Source: the human T2T-CHM13v2.0 reference genome, Homo sapiens
Direction: 5' to 3' (one strand)
Assembly (NCBI RefSeq): GCF_009914755.1
Contig: NC_060943.1
DNA length: 64,000 nucleotides
Below are positions 1-23,330 of the stretch, piece after piece. A model generated the notes under the pieces. It saw only the letters and a program-made list of their open reading frames with translations. It searched no databases and was not told the origin of the DNA. A program made the position numbers and the translations under genes. The first letter of the stretch is position 1, and the number at the start of each line of letters is the position of its first letter.

Positions 1-282
<282 letters not shown>

Positions 283-746
283 TCACGCCTGTAATCCCAG
301 CATTTTGGGAGGCCGAGGTGGGCAGATCACCTGAGGTCAGGAGTTCAAGACCAACCTGACCAACATGGTGAAATCCCATCTCTACCAAAAATACCAAAAT
401 TAGCCGGGAGTGGTGGCGTGCGCTTGTAATCGCACCTACTCGGGAGGCTGAGGCAGGAGAATCGCTTGAACCGAGTAGACGCAGGTTGCAGTGAGCCAAG
501 TTCGTGCCACTGCACTCCAGCCTGGGCGACAGAGTGAGACTCCGTCTCTCTCTCTCTATATATATTTTAAGGGTAGGGATTTTTGTGTTTTGTGCAGCGT
601 GCTTTCTCAACCCGTAAAGTGCCTGATGGCTGGATACGGTGGGTCACGCCGGTAATCCTAACGCTTTGGAAGGCCGAGGCGGGAGGATCGCTTAGAGACC
701 AGGAGTTCGAGTCCAGCCTGGGTAACACAGCAAGACCCCATCTCTA

Positions 747-2050
<1,304 letters not shown>

Positions 2051-2117
2051 TTCCCTGGAATATAGATACTTTTCTCTCAGGCTCCCGACGAACACTGTCA
2101 CTTCTTCAGAGACATTA

Positions 2118-3772
<1,655 letters not shown>

Positions 3773-3779
3773 GCAGTGT

Positions 3780-3980
3780 AGATTATGCCAACAACGGAGG
3801 CAGCCCACCAGTTATTTTTATGCCGTTTAACCGTAGGAAGTCACTTAGACACCCTGTTCCTTCCTCGTCTGGGCAATGGTGATAGTAATAGTTCCTACCT
3901 TTTAGAGTGGCTATAGGAGTAAAGTGTGTAGAACAGCGCCTGGCATGTAGTAAGCACTCAGTGAGTGTTAGCTCATGTTA
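3780..3980 (+). mobile_element. MIR SINE
   Basis: aagtcacttagacaccctgttccttcctcgtctgggcaatggtgatagtaatagttcctacc...tagaacagcgcctggcatgtagtaagcactcag matches the MIR core and 3' end. Confidence 0.75.
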
Positions 3981-4222
3981 TTTGGGGACCAGGCTTGATT
4001 TTGCTGAGGAGTTGTACCCCAACCCTGCCGCGACCTCGACACTCAGATGTGTGGATTCGCCCTGCCCCTCATCTCTGTGTATGTTGAGAGGCAGGAACTT
4101 GTTCACACCCAGCCCATTGTTCCGTGCCTGCCCTCTTCCATTGATCCTGGGTAGTCTGGCTTGCTCAGGGCCCCTGGGGCCCCTGCTGACACCCACTCCT
4201 TTCGCCTCCAGGATTCAGCACC

Positions 4223-4328
4223 ATGGCGGAAGACATGGAGACCAAAATCAAGAACTACAAGACCGCCCCTTTTGACAGCCGCTTCCCCAACCAGAACCAG
4301 ACTAGAAACTGCTGGCAGAACTACCTGG
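4223..4328 (+). CDS. COX6B1: Cytochrome c oxidase subunit 6B1, coding part of exon 2 ([35 protein letters not shown] + G)
   Basis: Acceptor ctccag|G at 4211/4212, Kozak CACCATGG, donor G|GTAAGC at 4328/4329. Recognised N-terminus of COX6B1. Confidence 0.98.
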
Positions 4329-4332
4329 GTAA

Positions 4333-4850
<518 letters not shown>

Positions 4851-4963
4851 TGATTTTTTTTTAAGCTGTATGTGTGTGCGTACTGTAACATGTACAGAAA
4901 GCACATAACAAACATGTACAGCTAAATGAATAATTCTAAAGTGAACCCCTTGTGCAACCATAA

Positions 4964-5246
<283 letters not shown>

Positions 5247-5363
5247 TGATCCACCCGCCTCGGCCTCCCAAAATGCTGGGATTACAGGCATGAGCCACCG
5301 CGCCTGGCCTCCCCACCTTCTTTATGTCCTGTCTGGAACACAGCACCCCGCTCTCCCCAGTAG

Positions 5364-5906
<543 letters not shown>

Positions 5907-6222
5907 TAGCTGGGAATACAGGCGCTCGCCACCACACCCAGCTAATTTTTTTTTTTTTTTTTTTTTGAGACGGAGTCTCGCTTTGTCGCCCAGGTTGGAG
6001 TGCAGTGGTGCAATCTCGACTCACTGCAACCTCCGCCTCCCAGCTTCAAGCACTTCTCTGCCTCAGCCTCCCGAGTAGCTGGGATTACAGTCGCCTGCCA
6101 CCATGCCTGGCTAATTTTTTTTTTTTGTATTTTTAGTAGAGACAGGGTTTTACCATCTTGGCCAGGCTGGTCTTAAACTCCTGACCTCGTGATCCACCCC
6201 CCTCAGCCTCCCAAAGTGCTGA

Positions 6223-6432
<210 letters not shown>

Positions 6433-6483
6433 TAGTAGAGACAGGATTTCACCATGTTGGCCAGGCTGGTCTCGATCTCCTGA

Positions 6484-6828
<345 letters not shown>

Positions 6829-6831
6829 TGA

Positions 6832-7480
<649 letters not shown>

Positions 7481-7550
7481 CTACCTCAAAAAAAAAAAAA
7501 AATGTGTTCCAACTCTTGATCTGGGCTGACTTGAACCCCTTTCTTCACAG

Positions 7551-7651
7551 ACTTCCACCGCTGTCAGAAGGCAATGACCGCTAAAGGAGGCGATATCTCT
7601 GTGTGCGAATGGTACCAGCGTGTGTACCAGTCCCTCTGCCCCACATCCTGG
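7551..7651 (+). CDS. COX6B1: COX6B1 exon 3 ([34 protein letters not shown])
   Basis: Acceptor ttcttcacag|AC, donor TGG|GTATGT. 106+101 nt keeps frame. Completes the CX9C (C30/C40) and CX10C (C54/C65) motifs. Confidence 0.98.
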
Positions 7652-7887
7652 GTATGTGCCTCCTGCCAGGGCCCTTGGGATGCTGGGGTGGGGTCTTAGC
7701 AGAGGGGAGTGTGGTGGCTTGGTGGGAGCTCATCTGTGAGGGGCAGAGGGAGGACAGGGCACCACACTGTCCCAGGACTCAGTGCCTTTCCTCCCGCCTA
7801 GAATTACCTCCCTGTCTCCTTCTGCTGATGCCTCTCAACCAGTCAGGGCTCTCAGCTGAGGCGACCAGGGTGCTTTGCTAGATGTAG

Positions 7888-8313
<426 letters not shown>

Positions 8314-8731
8314 TGAACATTTTCAAAGCAGAGATAATAATTCATTGACCTCAAATACATCCATCACCCAAAGTGAATAGTTATCAGGATTTATCCACGG
8401 TTTCTTCATCTACCCCTTTTCGTTTTCTTCTTTCCTTTGCTGAAGTATTCTAAAGCAAGTCCCAGACACGTCATTTCACCCCTGCCTACTTCAGTGTGGA
8501 CTTCTAAATAATGACACAGTAAGACAGTCCTTTCAGCCCTGATCTGACCAAATCTGTCGTCAATATTTAATAGCTCTTTGCTATGCCCCTGCCCTTTGTT
8601 TAAAAAAAAAAAAAAGTTTTTAAAGACAAGGTCTCATGATGTTGCCCAGGCTAGACTCGAACTCCTGGGCTCAAGTGTTCCTCCTGTCTCAGCCTCCTGA
8701 GTAGCTTGGACTACAGGCATGTGCCACTGTG

Positions 8732-8771
<40 letters not shown>

Positions 8772-9355
8772 TCGCCCTCTCGCTCTCTCTTGCTCTCTTT
8801 CTCTCTCGCTCTCTCTTTCTCACTCTTTCTCTCTTTCTTTCCTTTCTTTCTTTTCTTTCTTGAGCCTTGCTCTGTTGCCCAGACTGGAGTGCAGTAGCAT
8901 GATCTCAGCTCACTGCAGCCTCAGCCTCCTGAATAGCTGGGACTACAGGCATGAGCCACCACACCTGGCCCAATTTTTGTATTTTTTTTGTAGAAATGGG
9001 GTTTCGCCTTGTTGCCCAGACTGGTCTCGAACTCCTGAGCTCAAAGCAGTCTGCCTGCCTCAGCCTCCCAAAGCGCTGGGATTATAGGCATGAGCTACCG
9101 CACCCAGCTGAATCTTTCAAAATAAAAAAAATTACCCTTTAACTTGGCAATTCCACATCTAGGGATGCTACAAAAATCTTCATGTACAAAGATGCCCATT
9201 GCAGAGTTGTTCGTAATGGAGAATATTTGGAAATAACCCAAGTTAAAACATTGATCTTGATAGTCTTTATGGAGACTATGGTGATCTACATGCTAGCACA
9301 CAGAAAGAATGCTAAGACACAGGAAAAGTAAGTTGCAGAACAATCTATATAGTAG

Positions 9356-9764
<409 letters not shown>

Positions 9765-9950
9765 TAGCACTTTACATCACATAAGGTCAACATGCTAACA
9801 CAACCGTATGAGGTAGGTACTATTGTTAGTATCCTCATTTTACAAAATTGGAAACTGAGGCCCAGAAAGGTTGAGTAACTTGCCCAAAGTCACACAGCTA
9901 GGAAGTGATGGAGCAGGGATTCAGATTCAGCCTCTCTGTTATCCATGCTT
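9765..9950 (-). mobile_element. MIR SINE
   Basis: cctcattttacaaaattggaaactgaggcccagaaaggttgagtaacttgcccaaagtcacacagct is the reverse complement of the MIR core. Confidence 0.8.
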
Positions 9951-9973
9951 TCATCCACTGTTCGTTCTTGCAC

Positions 9974-10496
9974 CAGTGGTCCTCACCCTTTTTGGCACCA
10001 GGGATGAGCTTCATGGAAGACAGTTTTTCCACAGACAGGGTTGGGGATGGTGTAAGGATGAGTCCAGCATATTACATTTATTGTCCACTTTATTTCTGTT
10101 ATTATTACATTATATAATAAAATAATTATACAACTCACCATACTATAGAATCAGTGGGAGCCCTGAGCTTGTTTTCCTGCAACTAGATGGTCCCATCTGG
10201 GGGTGATGGGAGATAGTGACAGATCATCAGGCATTAGATTCTCATAAGGATCATGCAGCCTAGATCCCTCACATGCGCAGTTCACAATAGGGTTCGCACT
10301 CCTAAGAGAATCTAATGCTGCCGCTGATCTGACAGGAGGTGGAACTCAGGCAGTAATGCGAGCATTAGGGAGTGCTTGTAAATATAGTTGAAGCTTGTCT
10401 CGCTCACCTGCCACTCACTTCCAGCTGTGGGGCCCAGTTCCTAACAGGCCACAGACCAGTACCTGGTAGGCACTGGTTGGGGCTCGGGGACCCCTG
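9974..10496 (-). mobile_element. MER1A-type hAT-Charlie DNA transposon, near full length
   Basis: Terminal inverted repeats cagtggtcc... / ...ggggacccctg, ~523 bp, with characteristic internal text (gcattagattctcataagga, gagaatctaatgctgccgctgatctgacaggagg). Confidence 0.8.
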
Positions 10497-10610
10497 CCTT
10501 ATAGCATAAAATGTGAGCGTGTATGTATATAAAAACGTTTATGCTTGTAACTGCTTGTGAGGTCCACAAAGAGTAGAGTGTTACTTTCAGGGAGTGTTAA
10601 CTTGACATAG

Positions 10611-10952
<342 letters not shown>

Positions 10953-11374
10953 TAGAGATGGGGGTCTTGCCGTGTTGTCCAGGTTGGTCTCAAACTCCTG
11001 AGCTCAAGCAGTCCTCCCACATCGGCCCCGCAAAGTGCTGGGATGACAGGTGCGAGTCACCACACCCAGCCTCCATCATTGTTTATACTGAGCATCGCCT
11101 GTGGTCAGTGGTGGGATTGCACTGTGTATTGTTTGGCACCTTTTTTGCACTTGACTATGTATCTTGAAGATCCATCCATTCATGCCAGAACATAAATCAG
11201 CCTCGTTTTTTTTCACAGCTGCCTGCTATTCCATCTCCCCTGTTTGGACAAACAGCATAGTGTTGACTTGAGGTTTTCAAAGCAGGGCCCACCCTTGGAG
11301 CTCTGTACAGTGACACATCTCCCCATCGACAGCTCTGCAGTGGGCCTGGGGTTTTCCTGCCCATTACTCTCCTC

Positions 11375-11495
11375 CCAGCATGTCAGCTTGTTCAGAACAG
11401 TGATTTCTGTCTTTTGGGGTCACTGCTGATTCCCCGGCCTCTAGAATAGAGGTTGGCACACAGCAGGTACCTGTGGATATTGGTTGAACAAACAG
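11375..11495 (+). mobile_element. L2 LINE 3' end fragment
   Basis: ggtcactgctgattccccggcctctagaatagaggttggcacacagcaggtacctgtggatattggttgaacaaac resembles the L2 terminus. Confidence 0.6.
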
Positions 11496-11573
11496 GTGGG
11501 CAAAGTGAGGAAGATAAGAAGTCCATCCGTTCAGTTTCCCCACTGCGGAGGGAATAACACTGTCTTTCCACAG

Positions 11574-11627
11574 GTCACAGACTGGGATGAGCAACGGGCT
11601 GAAGGCACGTTTCCCGGGAAGATCTGA
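11574..11627 (+). CDS. COX6B1: COX6B1 exon 4 coding part (VTDWDEQRAEGTFPGKI*)
   Basis: Acceptor tttccacag|GTC, stop TGA 11625-11627. Total 86 aa. Confidence 0.98.
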   Translation, partial: VTDWDEQRAEGTFPGKI

Positions 11628-11738
11628 ACTGGCTGCATCTCCCTTTCCTCTGTCCTCCATCCTTCTCCCAGGATGGTGAAGGGGGACCTGGTACCCAGTG
11701 ATCCCCACCCCAGGATCCTAAATCATGACTTACCTGCT

Positions 11739-11744
11739 AATAAA
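11739..11744 (+). terminator. COX6B1: COX6B1 polyadenylation signal AATAAA
   Basis: AATAAA 112 nt after the stop codon, followed by GT-rich sequence (gcgtgtg) downstream. Confidence 0.85.
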
Positions 11745-11874
11745 AACTCATTGGAAAAGTGAGACTATGCGTGTGAACGGGCCAGGCAGTGGCAAGAAGC
11801 TGGGCTGGAATCAGTGCCCTGACCAGGGAGGGGCTTGAGTGAGTATTTTCTCTGTTTTGTTTTTATTTATTTAA

Positions 11875-12230
<356 letters not shown>

Positions 12231-12685
12231 TGAGTCAAATAGTTGATTATACAGAATAACCTAAGTTCCTATGTGTGCAACCACCCTACATAATTTTAAA
12301 GCAAATTATATAGATTATAATATAATATAAAATACATAAAGATTATATTTTATCCAGAAATAAGAAACTATATGTATCTCTTGGAGATACAATTTTTTTT
12401 TTTTTTTTTTTGAGACAGAGTCTCAATCTGTTGCCCAGGCTGGAGTGCAGTGGTGTCATCTCAGCTCTCTGCAACCTCTGCCTTCTGGGTTCAAACTATT
12501 CTCCTGCCTGGAGATACCTATTTTTTTAACATAATTATTTACACCTAAGAAATTAGTTCTTAATGGCCGGGCACAGTGGCTCATGCCTGTAATCCCAGCA
12601 CTCTGGGAGGCTGAGGTGGGCAGATCACCTGAGGTCAGGAGTTCAAGATCAGCCTGGGCAACATGGCGAAACCTCGTCCCTACTA

Positions 12686-12844
<159 letters not shown>

Positions 12845-13279
12845 TCACCAAAAAAAAAAAAAAAAAAAAAAAAGAGTTCTTAATATCTAATAAGCAATCT
12901 CCTGCACAATGTGTAACTTCTCCCCGTGTTGGGACCTGCTCTTTCATGCTGATCATGATGGTAGTTGGAAGTCATTTAAGTAGGCCAAGTTGAGAGCTGT
13001 TCTTCATGGTGCCCCCAAAAGAATTGCCACACAATAACAGCCCAGAATATCCCCAACAGACTCGTCAACAGGGACCTAGCTAGCATGACCAGCCGGAACA
13101 CTCTTATGGCTGAATTGGTGTGTCCTCAAAACCTTTCAAATGGCCGGGGTGTGGTGGCTCACACCTGTAACCCTAGCACTTTGGGAGGCCCAGGCGAGTG
13201 GGTCACGAGGTCAGGGATTCAAGACCAGCCTGGCCAAGCTGGTAAAACCCCATCTCTTCTAAAAATACAAAAAAAACTA

Positions 13280-13462
<183 letters not shown>

Positions 13463-13465
13463 TCA

Positions 13466-13863
<398 letters not shown>

Positions 13864-14672
13864 TCAAAAAAAAAAAAAGTGGCTGTAAACAGGACCTTAG
13901 TGCACACACAGGGAGCTTGAGGGATCGTGGGAGGTTATGGCGTGGGTTGGAAGTAGCAAAGAACTTAAACACCATGAAAAAAAAATTTTTTTTTTGAAAT
14001 GGAGTCTTGCTCTGTTGTCCAGACTGGAGTGCAGTGATGTGATCTCTGCTCACTGCAACCTCCACCTCCCGGTTCAAGCAATTCTGCCTCAGCCTTCCAA
14101 AACGCTGGGATTACAGGCGCTTGCCACCACACCCAGCTAATTTTTTGTATTTTTAGTAGCGATTTAGAGAGTAGTTTCACCGTGTTGACCAGGCTGGTCT
14201 TGAACTCCGTGACCTCAGGTTAACCATCCACCTCGGCCTCCCAAAGTGCTGGGATTACAGGCATGAGCCACCACACCCAGCCAACACCATGAAAATTTCA
14301 AATGAAACAGGACGGCCAGTGAAAAGTCAAGGTGCTGGACTCCTTGAGTCCAGCTGCCTGATTCTGCCCAGGGTTTGCCACCAGTGCCAGTGTTTCCTGT
14401 ACATTCCTTTAGAGATAGCTCATGCATCTAGAAGTATTTGTAAATATATTGATCTGATTGGATATGGTGCCCTTTTGCTCACACAGCCCCTGCCACACTG
14501 GCCTCTTCAGTGCACAGGAACTGTGAGCAAATGTATTTCGACACACCAGGCTGGCTCCAACCCCGGATCCTTTACACTTGCTGTTTGCTCGACCTGGAAT
14601 GTTTGGCCACCAGCTGTCCACAAGCTCACCCCTCACTGCCTTCAGGTCTTCATTTAGCGAGGCCTTCTCTGA

Positions 14673-15028
<356 letters not shown>

Positions 15029-15505
15029 TGAGCCACCACACCTGGCCTTGTTTCTTAAGCACTTACCGCTAACATGCCAAATGTTATCCTTCATCATTGC
15101 ACCACTGGAATGTAATTTCCATGCGGGCAGATTTGGAAATATATATTTAATTCCCCTTTTCAGCTTTTTTTTTTTTTTTGAGATAAGGTCTTACTCTGTC
15201 ACCTAGGCTGGCATGTAGTGGCGTAATCTCAGTTTACTGCAGCCTCCGCCGCCCAGACTCAAGCCATCCTCCTACCTCAGCCTCCCAAGTAGCTAGGACC
15301 ACAGGCATAGACCACCATACTCAGCTAGTTTTTTGTTTGTTTGTTTGTTTTTGATAGAGACGGGGTTTCACCATGTTGCCCAGGCTGGTCTCAACTCCTG
15401 AGCTCAGGTGATCTGCCCGCCTTAGCCTCCCAAAGTGCTGGGATTACAGGCCTGAGCCACCGCACGCCAGCCTGCATTTTTTCCAAATGTTCTAATCTTT
15501 CTCAT

Positions 15506-15537
<32 letters not shown>

Positions 15538-15824
15538 GACACAAGACCTCACTCTGTCACCCAGCCTGGAGTGCAGTGGCCTGATCACAGCTTACTGCAG
15601 CCTTGAACTCCCAGGCTCAAGAGATCCTCCCACCCCAGCCTCTCAAGTAGATGGGACTACAGGCATATGCCACCACACCCAGCTAATTTTTGTATTCTTT
15701 TGTAGAGATGGAGTTTGCCCATATTGCCCAGGCTGATCTCCAACTCCTGGGCTCAAGTGATCCTCCCGCTTCAGCCTCCCAAGGTGCTGGGATTACAGGC
15801 ATGAGCCACCACACCCAGCCCAGC

Positions 15825-17743
<1,919 letters not shown>

Positions 17744-19002
17744 TCACTCTGTCACCCAGGCTGGAGAGCAATGGCACGACCTCAGCTCACTGCAACCTCT
17801 GCCTTCGAGGTTCAAGCGATTAGCTCCTGCCTCAGCCTCCTGAGTAGCTGGGATTACAGGCACTTGCCACCACGACTGGCTAATTTTGTATTTTTAGTAG
17901 AGATAGGGTTTCACCATGTTAGTCAGCCTGACCTCAGGTGATCCCCCCACCCTGGCCTCCCAAAGTGCTGGGATTACAGGCGTGAGCCACCACGACTGGC
18001 CAAAAAAACTATTTTAAAATCTAAAGTGGGTTGACTAAAACCAAATTAACCATTTTAATCGGAAAACATCTCATGTATCTTATTACCAAACCAGTGCCTT
18101 GACGATGGGATTTTCAGTGTCATTTGCCAAATTCGCAGGCACCGCAGTGGGGAGCCACTGCTCCCACAGCAGAGGCAATACACGGCCTAGCCTTGGGGTT
18201 GAGAAGTTCTGGGGACGGTGTCGGGGGCCCTGGGCCACCATTTTTGCATGGAGCCAGCCCTGCGCTGCGAGGGCGTGGCATCGGAGAGACCGTGGCCTCG
18301 TGGGCAGCATCGGCGGCCCCTGGGGACACGCGCTGGCTCAGTCCCCACCTCTGCCAGGGAAGCGGTCTGATGATACCCATTTCGCAGATGGGCAAATCCA
18401 CAAGCCAAGTCGTGCCGCCCAGAAGAGGCAGAACCGGGATTTGAACCTAGGTTTCTCATTCTGCACCTGAAGAAATAAATGTCTGGTCCATGCGTGTGTT
18501 GGGGGGCGACGGGGACTTTTCTTCAACCAAGCCCGGTGTGCCCCCTCTCATTTTCTAGCACGTTCTTCTCCCCCATCTTTGCACTTATCTCAGACTCCCC
18601 TCACACACCTATCCTGGGTGCCATCCTTTCCCTCAGCCCACCGCCCATGTAGTCAGCCTCCTAAGCGCCCCTTCCACCTGTCCCCTCATCTCCCCACTGC
18701 TCTGCCTCGGTCCAGCCCTGGCCTTGGCAGGGGTCCCTGCCTGGGCCTCCCCACGGGCTCCCGGCCTCACAGAGGAGCAGCCACCTGTGCAAGGTCACAC
18801 AGCAGGAGAGACACTTCTGGGATTCAGGACCCACCTGTGGGTCCGAAGTGGATTTTTTGTTTGTTTGGTTTTGGAGACAGGGCCTGGCTCTGTCACTCAA
18901 GCTGGAGTGCAATGGCACGATCTTGGCTCACTGCAACCTCTGTCCCCAGGTTCAGCCATCCTCCCACCTCAGCCTCCCAAGTAGCTGGGACCACAGGCAT
19001 GA

Positions 19003-19149
<147 letters not shown>

Positions 19150-19299
19150 TGATTTGGATCTTGCTCCTATTCCCAGGAAGGCCCATGTCCTAGCAAGAGA
19201 GACACCAGGTGGTGCGCACGCCCCTCCACCTCCAACTCCTCCACCACCAACAAAGCCTGGGACCCAGAGGCCATGGGTCCTACACAATCTGGTATTTCA

Positions 19300-19519
19300 G
19301 GTCTATAAATCATGGGGGTGGCAGGGAGCCCATCAAAGCTGTTCATCCAGCCTGGTCTGCCGGCTCAGCCTCTTGTCCACCCCACTGCCGTGCCCCAAAA
19401 CACACACACACACACACACACCCTCCCTCCTTCCTGGGAGACTAGCCCAAGGAGGGGCCTGGGCGTATATAGGGAGCCACGGTGGGTGGGGCTGGCCAGA
19501 GAGGCTGCAGACAGAGAAG
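19300..19519 (+). promoter_or_regulatory. UPK1A: UPK1A core promoter and short non-coding exon 1
   Basis: TATATAG at 19466-19472 (second TATA-like TATAAAT at 19304-19310), GGGTGGGG/KLF boxes, (CA)n at ~19400-19421. Donor AAG|GTGAGG at 19519/19520 fits the acceptor cccag|G at 19789/19790 just before ATG. Confidence 0.65.
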
Positions 19520-19793
19520 GTGAGGAGGGGGCCCTGGGAGTCTGGGTATGGCATGAGGGGTCTGAGGCTCAGGGAGGGGCAGTGCCAAGTTCAGGCCAGT
19601 GACTGCCCCACCGGAGCCCGGGTGTCCTCTTGTGCAAAATGCCTCCCCACCAGGGCTGTGGGTACATCAGTACCAGCCTGGGCCCCGCAGAGAGCTGGAG
19701 CAACCCCTCGAAGCCAGGGTGTGGCTCAGAGATGGGGGGTCCGGCTGGCCCTTTACGCTCCTGGCCTCATCCCTGCTCATGTGTCCCAGGATG

Positions 19794-19877
19794 ATGGCGT
19801 CTGCGGCAGCAGCGGAGGCCGAGAAGGGATCTCCAGTTGTGGTGGGCCTGCTAGTTGTGGGCAATATCATTATTCTG
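19794..19877 (+). CDS. UPK1A: Uroplakin-1a first coding exon (MASAAAAEAEKGSPVVVGLLVVGNIIIL)
   Basis: ATGATGG at 19791; the second ATG (19794) has optimal context. Donor CTG|GTGAGA. Recognised UPK1A N-terminus/TM1. Confidence 0.97.
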
Positions 19878-20408
19878 GTGAGACTCGCCCCAGTGCTGGG
19901 AGCCGAGTGGTTGTGTGGTGGGGAGGGGACAGTCCTGAGCTCGGGGTGGGGGATGAGGGTCCAGAACTGTCTCTCGGGCAGACTCAGTGGTCAGCACAGC
20001 CTGGGTTGAAATCCCAGCTCTGCCTCTCCCCAGCTCTGTGACCTTAGCAAGCGACTGTCCCTCTCTGTGCCTTCTTTCCTCATCTATAGACTGTGTCCTC
20101 ATTGTGTGGGCTGTTGTCATGTGGATTAATCCATGTGTGGCCCTCAGCTCAGAGAAAGTGCCCGACCAATGCTGGCTATCACCATCAGCATCACTATGGA
20201 TATAAAGTGACAGCCTGGTGCACAGGAGGCCACAAGAAGGAAAAACAACAGTGTCTTTCAATTAACATTGGGTTTTGGTTTTGTGTTTTTTGTTTTGTTT
20301 TGTTTTGTTTTGTTTTGTTTTTGAGACGGAGTCTCACTCTGTTGCCCAGGCTGGAGTGCAGTGGCTGATCTCAGCTAACTGCAACCTCTAACTCCCGGGC
20401 TCAAGTGA

Positions 20409-20696
<288 letters not shown>

Positions 20697-20779
20697 TGAG
20701 GTGATCTGCCCACCTCAGCCTCCCAAAGTGTTGGGATTACAGGTGTAAGCCACCGCGACTGGCCGTGTGTTTGTTTTAG

Positions 20780-20920
<141 letters not shown>

Positions 20921-21424
20921 TAGCTAATTTTTTTATTTTTTGTAGAGACGGGGTCTCACTATTGCCCAGGCTAGTCTCAAACTCCTGGGCTCAAGCAATC
21001 CTCCCGCCTCGGCCTCCCACAATGCTGGGACTGCAGGTGTGAGCCACCTTGCCTGGCCCATTTGTAATGTTTATGGCCATGGCCATGTTCCCCTCCTCGG
21101 GGAATAACAGCACTGTCAAGGGAGGGCAGATGGACCAAGCATCTCCTCTGTGCCAGTCCACTGCTCCAGCCTTTCCACGTGGCATCCCCTTTTATCCCCG
21201 AAGAAACTGGCAGCTGGGGCGTGGGGGTCGGTTGTCTGGCTGGGCTGTCTCTTCTCTCCTGGCCTCTGCTCACCCTCATCGCTGCTCATGGAAGGCGAGG
21301 TCTTTGCCCACTTTACTGAGAGGGCAGTGGAGGCTCCAAATGGGGAGGGAACTTGCTCGTGGAGATGCCTGGTGCCAGGGCTGCTGGCCCCGAGCAGACC
21401 TTCCTAACCCACCGCTCTGTCCAG

Positions 21425-21625
21425 CTGTCAGGCCTGTCCCTGTTTGCTGAGACCATATGGGTGACAGCCGACCAGTACCGTGTATACCCACTGATGGGAG
21501 TCTCAGGCAAGGATGACGTCTTCGCTGGTGCCTGGATTGCCATCTTCTGCGGCTTCTCCTTCTTCATGGTAGCCAGTTTTGGTGTGGGTGCCGCACTCTG
21601 CCGCCGCCGGTCCATGGTCCTCACG
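21425..21625 (+). CDS. UPK1A: UPK1A coding exon (LSGLSLFAETIW...CRRRSMVLT)
   Basis: Acceptor tgtccag|CTG, donor ACG|GTGAGA. 201 nt, phase 0. Confidence 0.97.
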
Positions 21626-22864
21626 GTGAGACTCCAGGGGTTGGGGGATGGGGACACTGAAAACGGAGTTCAGCATCACTGAGTCATAGTAGCAGGTGCA
21701 GCCCCAGCCACTAGTGTGAGTTCCCCATGGTGTCACACTCAGGGATCCCAGGCATCATCTCATTCAGTCTTCCCACAGCCCAATAACCCAGGCTTGAGTA
21801 GCAGAGCTGGGATTTTTTCTTTTTTTTTTTTTTTGGTAAAGATGGGGGTCTCACTATGTTGCCCAGGCTGGTCTCAAACTCCTGGCTCAAATGATTCTCC
21901 TGCCTCAGCCTCCCAAAGTGCTGGGATTACAGGCTTGAGCCCCTCTACCTGCACCCAGTGCAGGGCTAGAATTTGAACCCCTGCTAGCTGCTTTCCAGAG
22001 TCCATGCTCATGAACTCTGCCAATAATAGCACAGCTACCATTTAATAATGGTTTACTACAAGCCACGAGCTGTTCTAAATGGTTTACTGGATTAGTTCAT
22101 TTATTCCTCATAGTCCACCAAGAGATACTGTCATCATCATGACCCTGTTTGATGAAGATTGAAACTGAGGCTCAGAGAAGTGAAGTCACTTATCCAGGGT
22201 CACACATTGAGACAATGGCAGAGCCAGTTTCAACCTGAGCAGATCGGCTCTTGAGGCTGTGCTCTTAATCTCTGCCCACAAGAATAACCCATACTTCCCA
22301 AGTGTCTCTCATGCACCTGACACTAGGGTAAGCAGTTTAGAAAATGAGCTTCGTGGCCAGGCGCAGTGGCTCATGCCTGTAATCCCAGCACGTGGGGAGG
22401 CTGAGGCGGACAGATCATTTGAGGTCGGGAGTCCAAGACCAGACTGGCCAACATGGCGAAATCCCATCTCTAAAAAAAAAAAAAAAAAAAAAAATTAGCC
22501 ACGCATGGTGGCAGGCACCTGTAATCCCCGCTACTCAGGAGGCTGGGGCGGAAGAATCACTAGAACCCGGGAGGCAGAGGTTGCAGTGAGCCAAGATCAC
22601 ACCACTGCATTCCAGCCTGGATGACAAAGCGAGACTCCATCTCAAAAAAAAGGAAAGAAAATGAGCTTCCTCAATCTTGCCAGAAGCCCTTCACAGCTAG
22701 TGCTTTTCAACCCATTTACCAGATGAGGAAACTGAGGCTCAAAGAGGCTAACAGCCTCTCCCAGGTGACCAGGAGAGCAGGGATTCCAATTCACGGCCCC
22801 AATGACACAGAGACAGCACTGTGTTTCCTCGACAGCAGAGGGTTTTTCAGATTCCCAGAAGCAG

Positions 22865-23330
22865 CCACTCATTTGATGAACAAATGCTTATGAGCAGGAG
22901 CTACGTGCTGAGCCCTACGCTGGGCACTGGGGCTCTGTGCTGAGCGAAACATAAAAGCCCTTGACCCAGGGAAGTGGTGCTCAGAGGAGGAAGACAGTGA
23001 ACAGGAGGGGAGGTCAGGAGCCGAGGAGGGCGAGGGAAGACCTCACTGCCAGGGAAAGCAAAGACCTAGAGGCACTGGGAGCGAGGCAGGTGTGTAACTG
23101 GAGGAAGAGCCTTCCAGGTGGAGGTGGCAGCAAGGGCAAAGGCTCTGAGGCCAGAGCGGGCCAGGAGTCCAAAGCAGCTGGAGCTGAGTGAGGAGGAGGT
23201 TGGGGGGTGAGAGGACATGAGGCAGACAGATGGGGAGGAGAACAGTGAGGAATGGGGATGGGAAAGAAGCAGGAGGGAAGGCAGGTGTTGTGGACTTTGG
23301 CTTTATCCTGAGTAAGATGGACCCATAGAC
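22865..23330 (-). mobile_element. L2 LINE fragment
   Basis: tcatttgatgaacaaatgcttatgagc...tgggcactgggg and ggtggcagcaagggcaaaggctctgagg...ggactttggctttatcctgagtaagatgg match antisense L2 3' region. Confidence 0.65.

Noticed and set aside
19154-20041. 295-aa ORF, the longest in the track
   Set aside because: GC-rich promoter/intron sequence including the (CA)n repeat; overlaps the first UPK1A coding exon out of frame; no recognisable domain.
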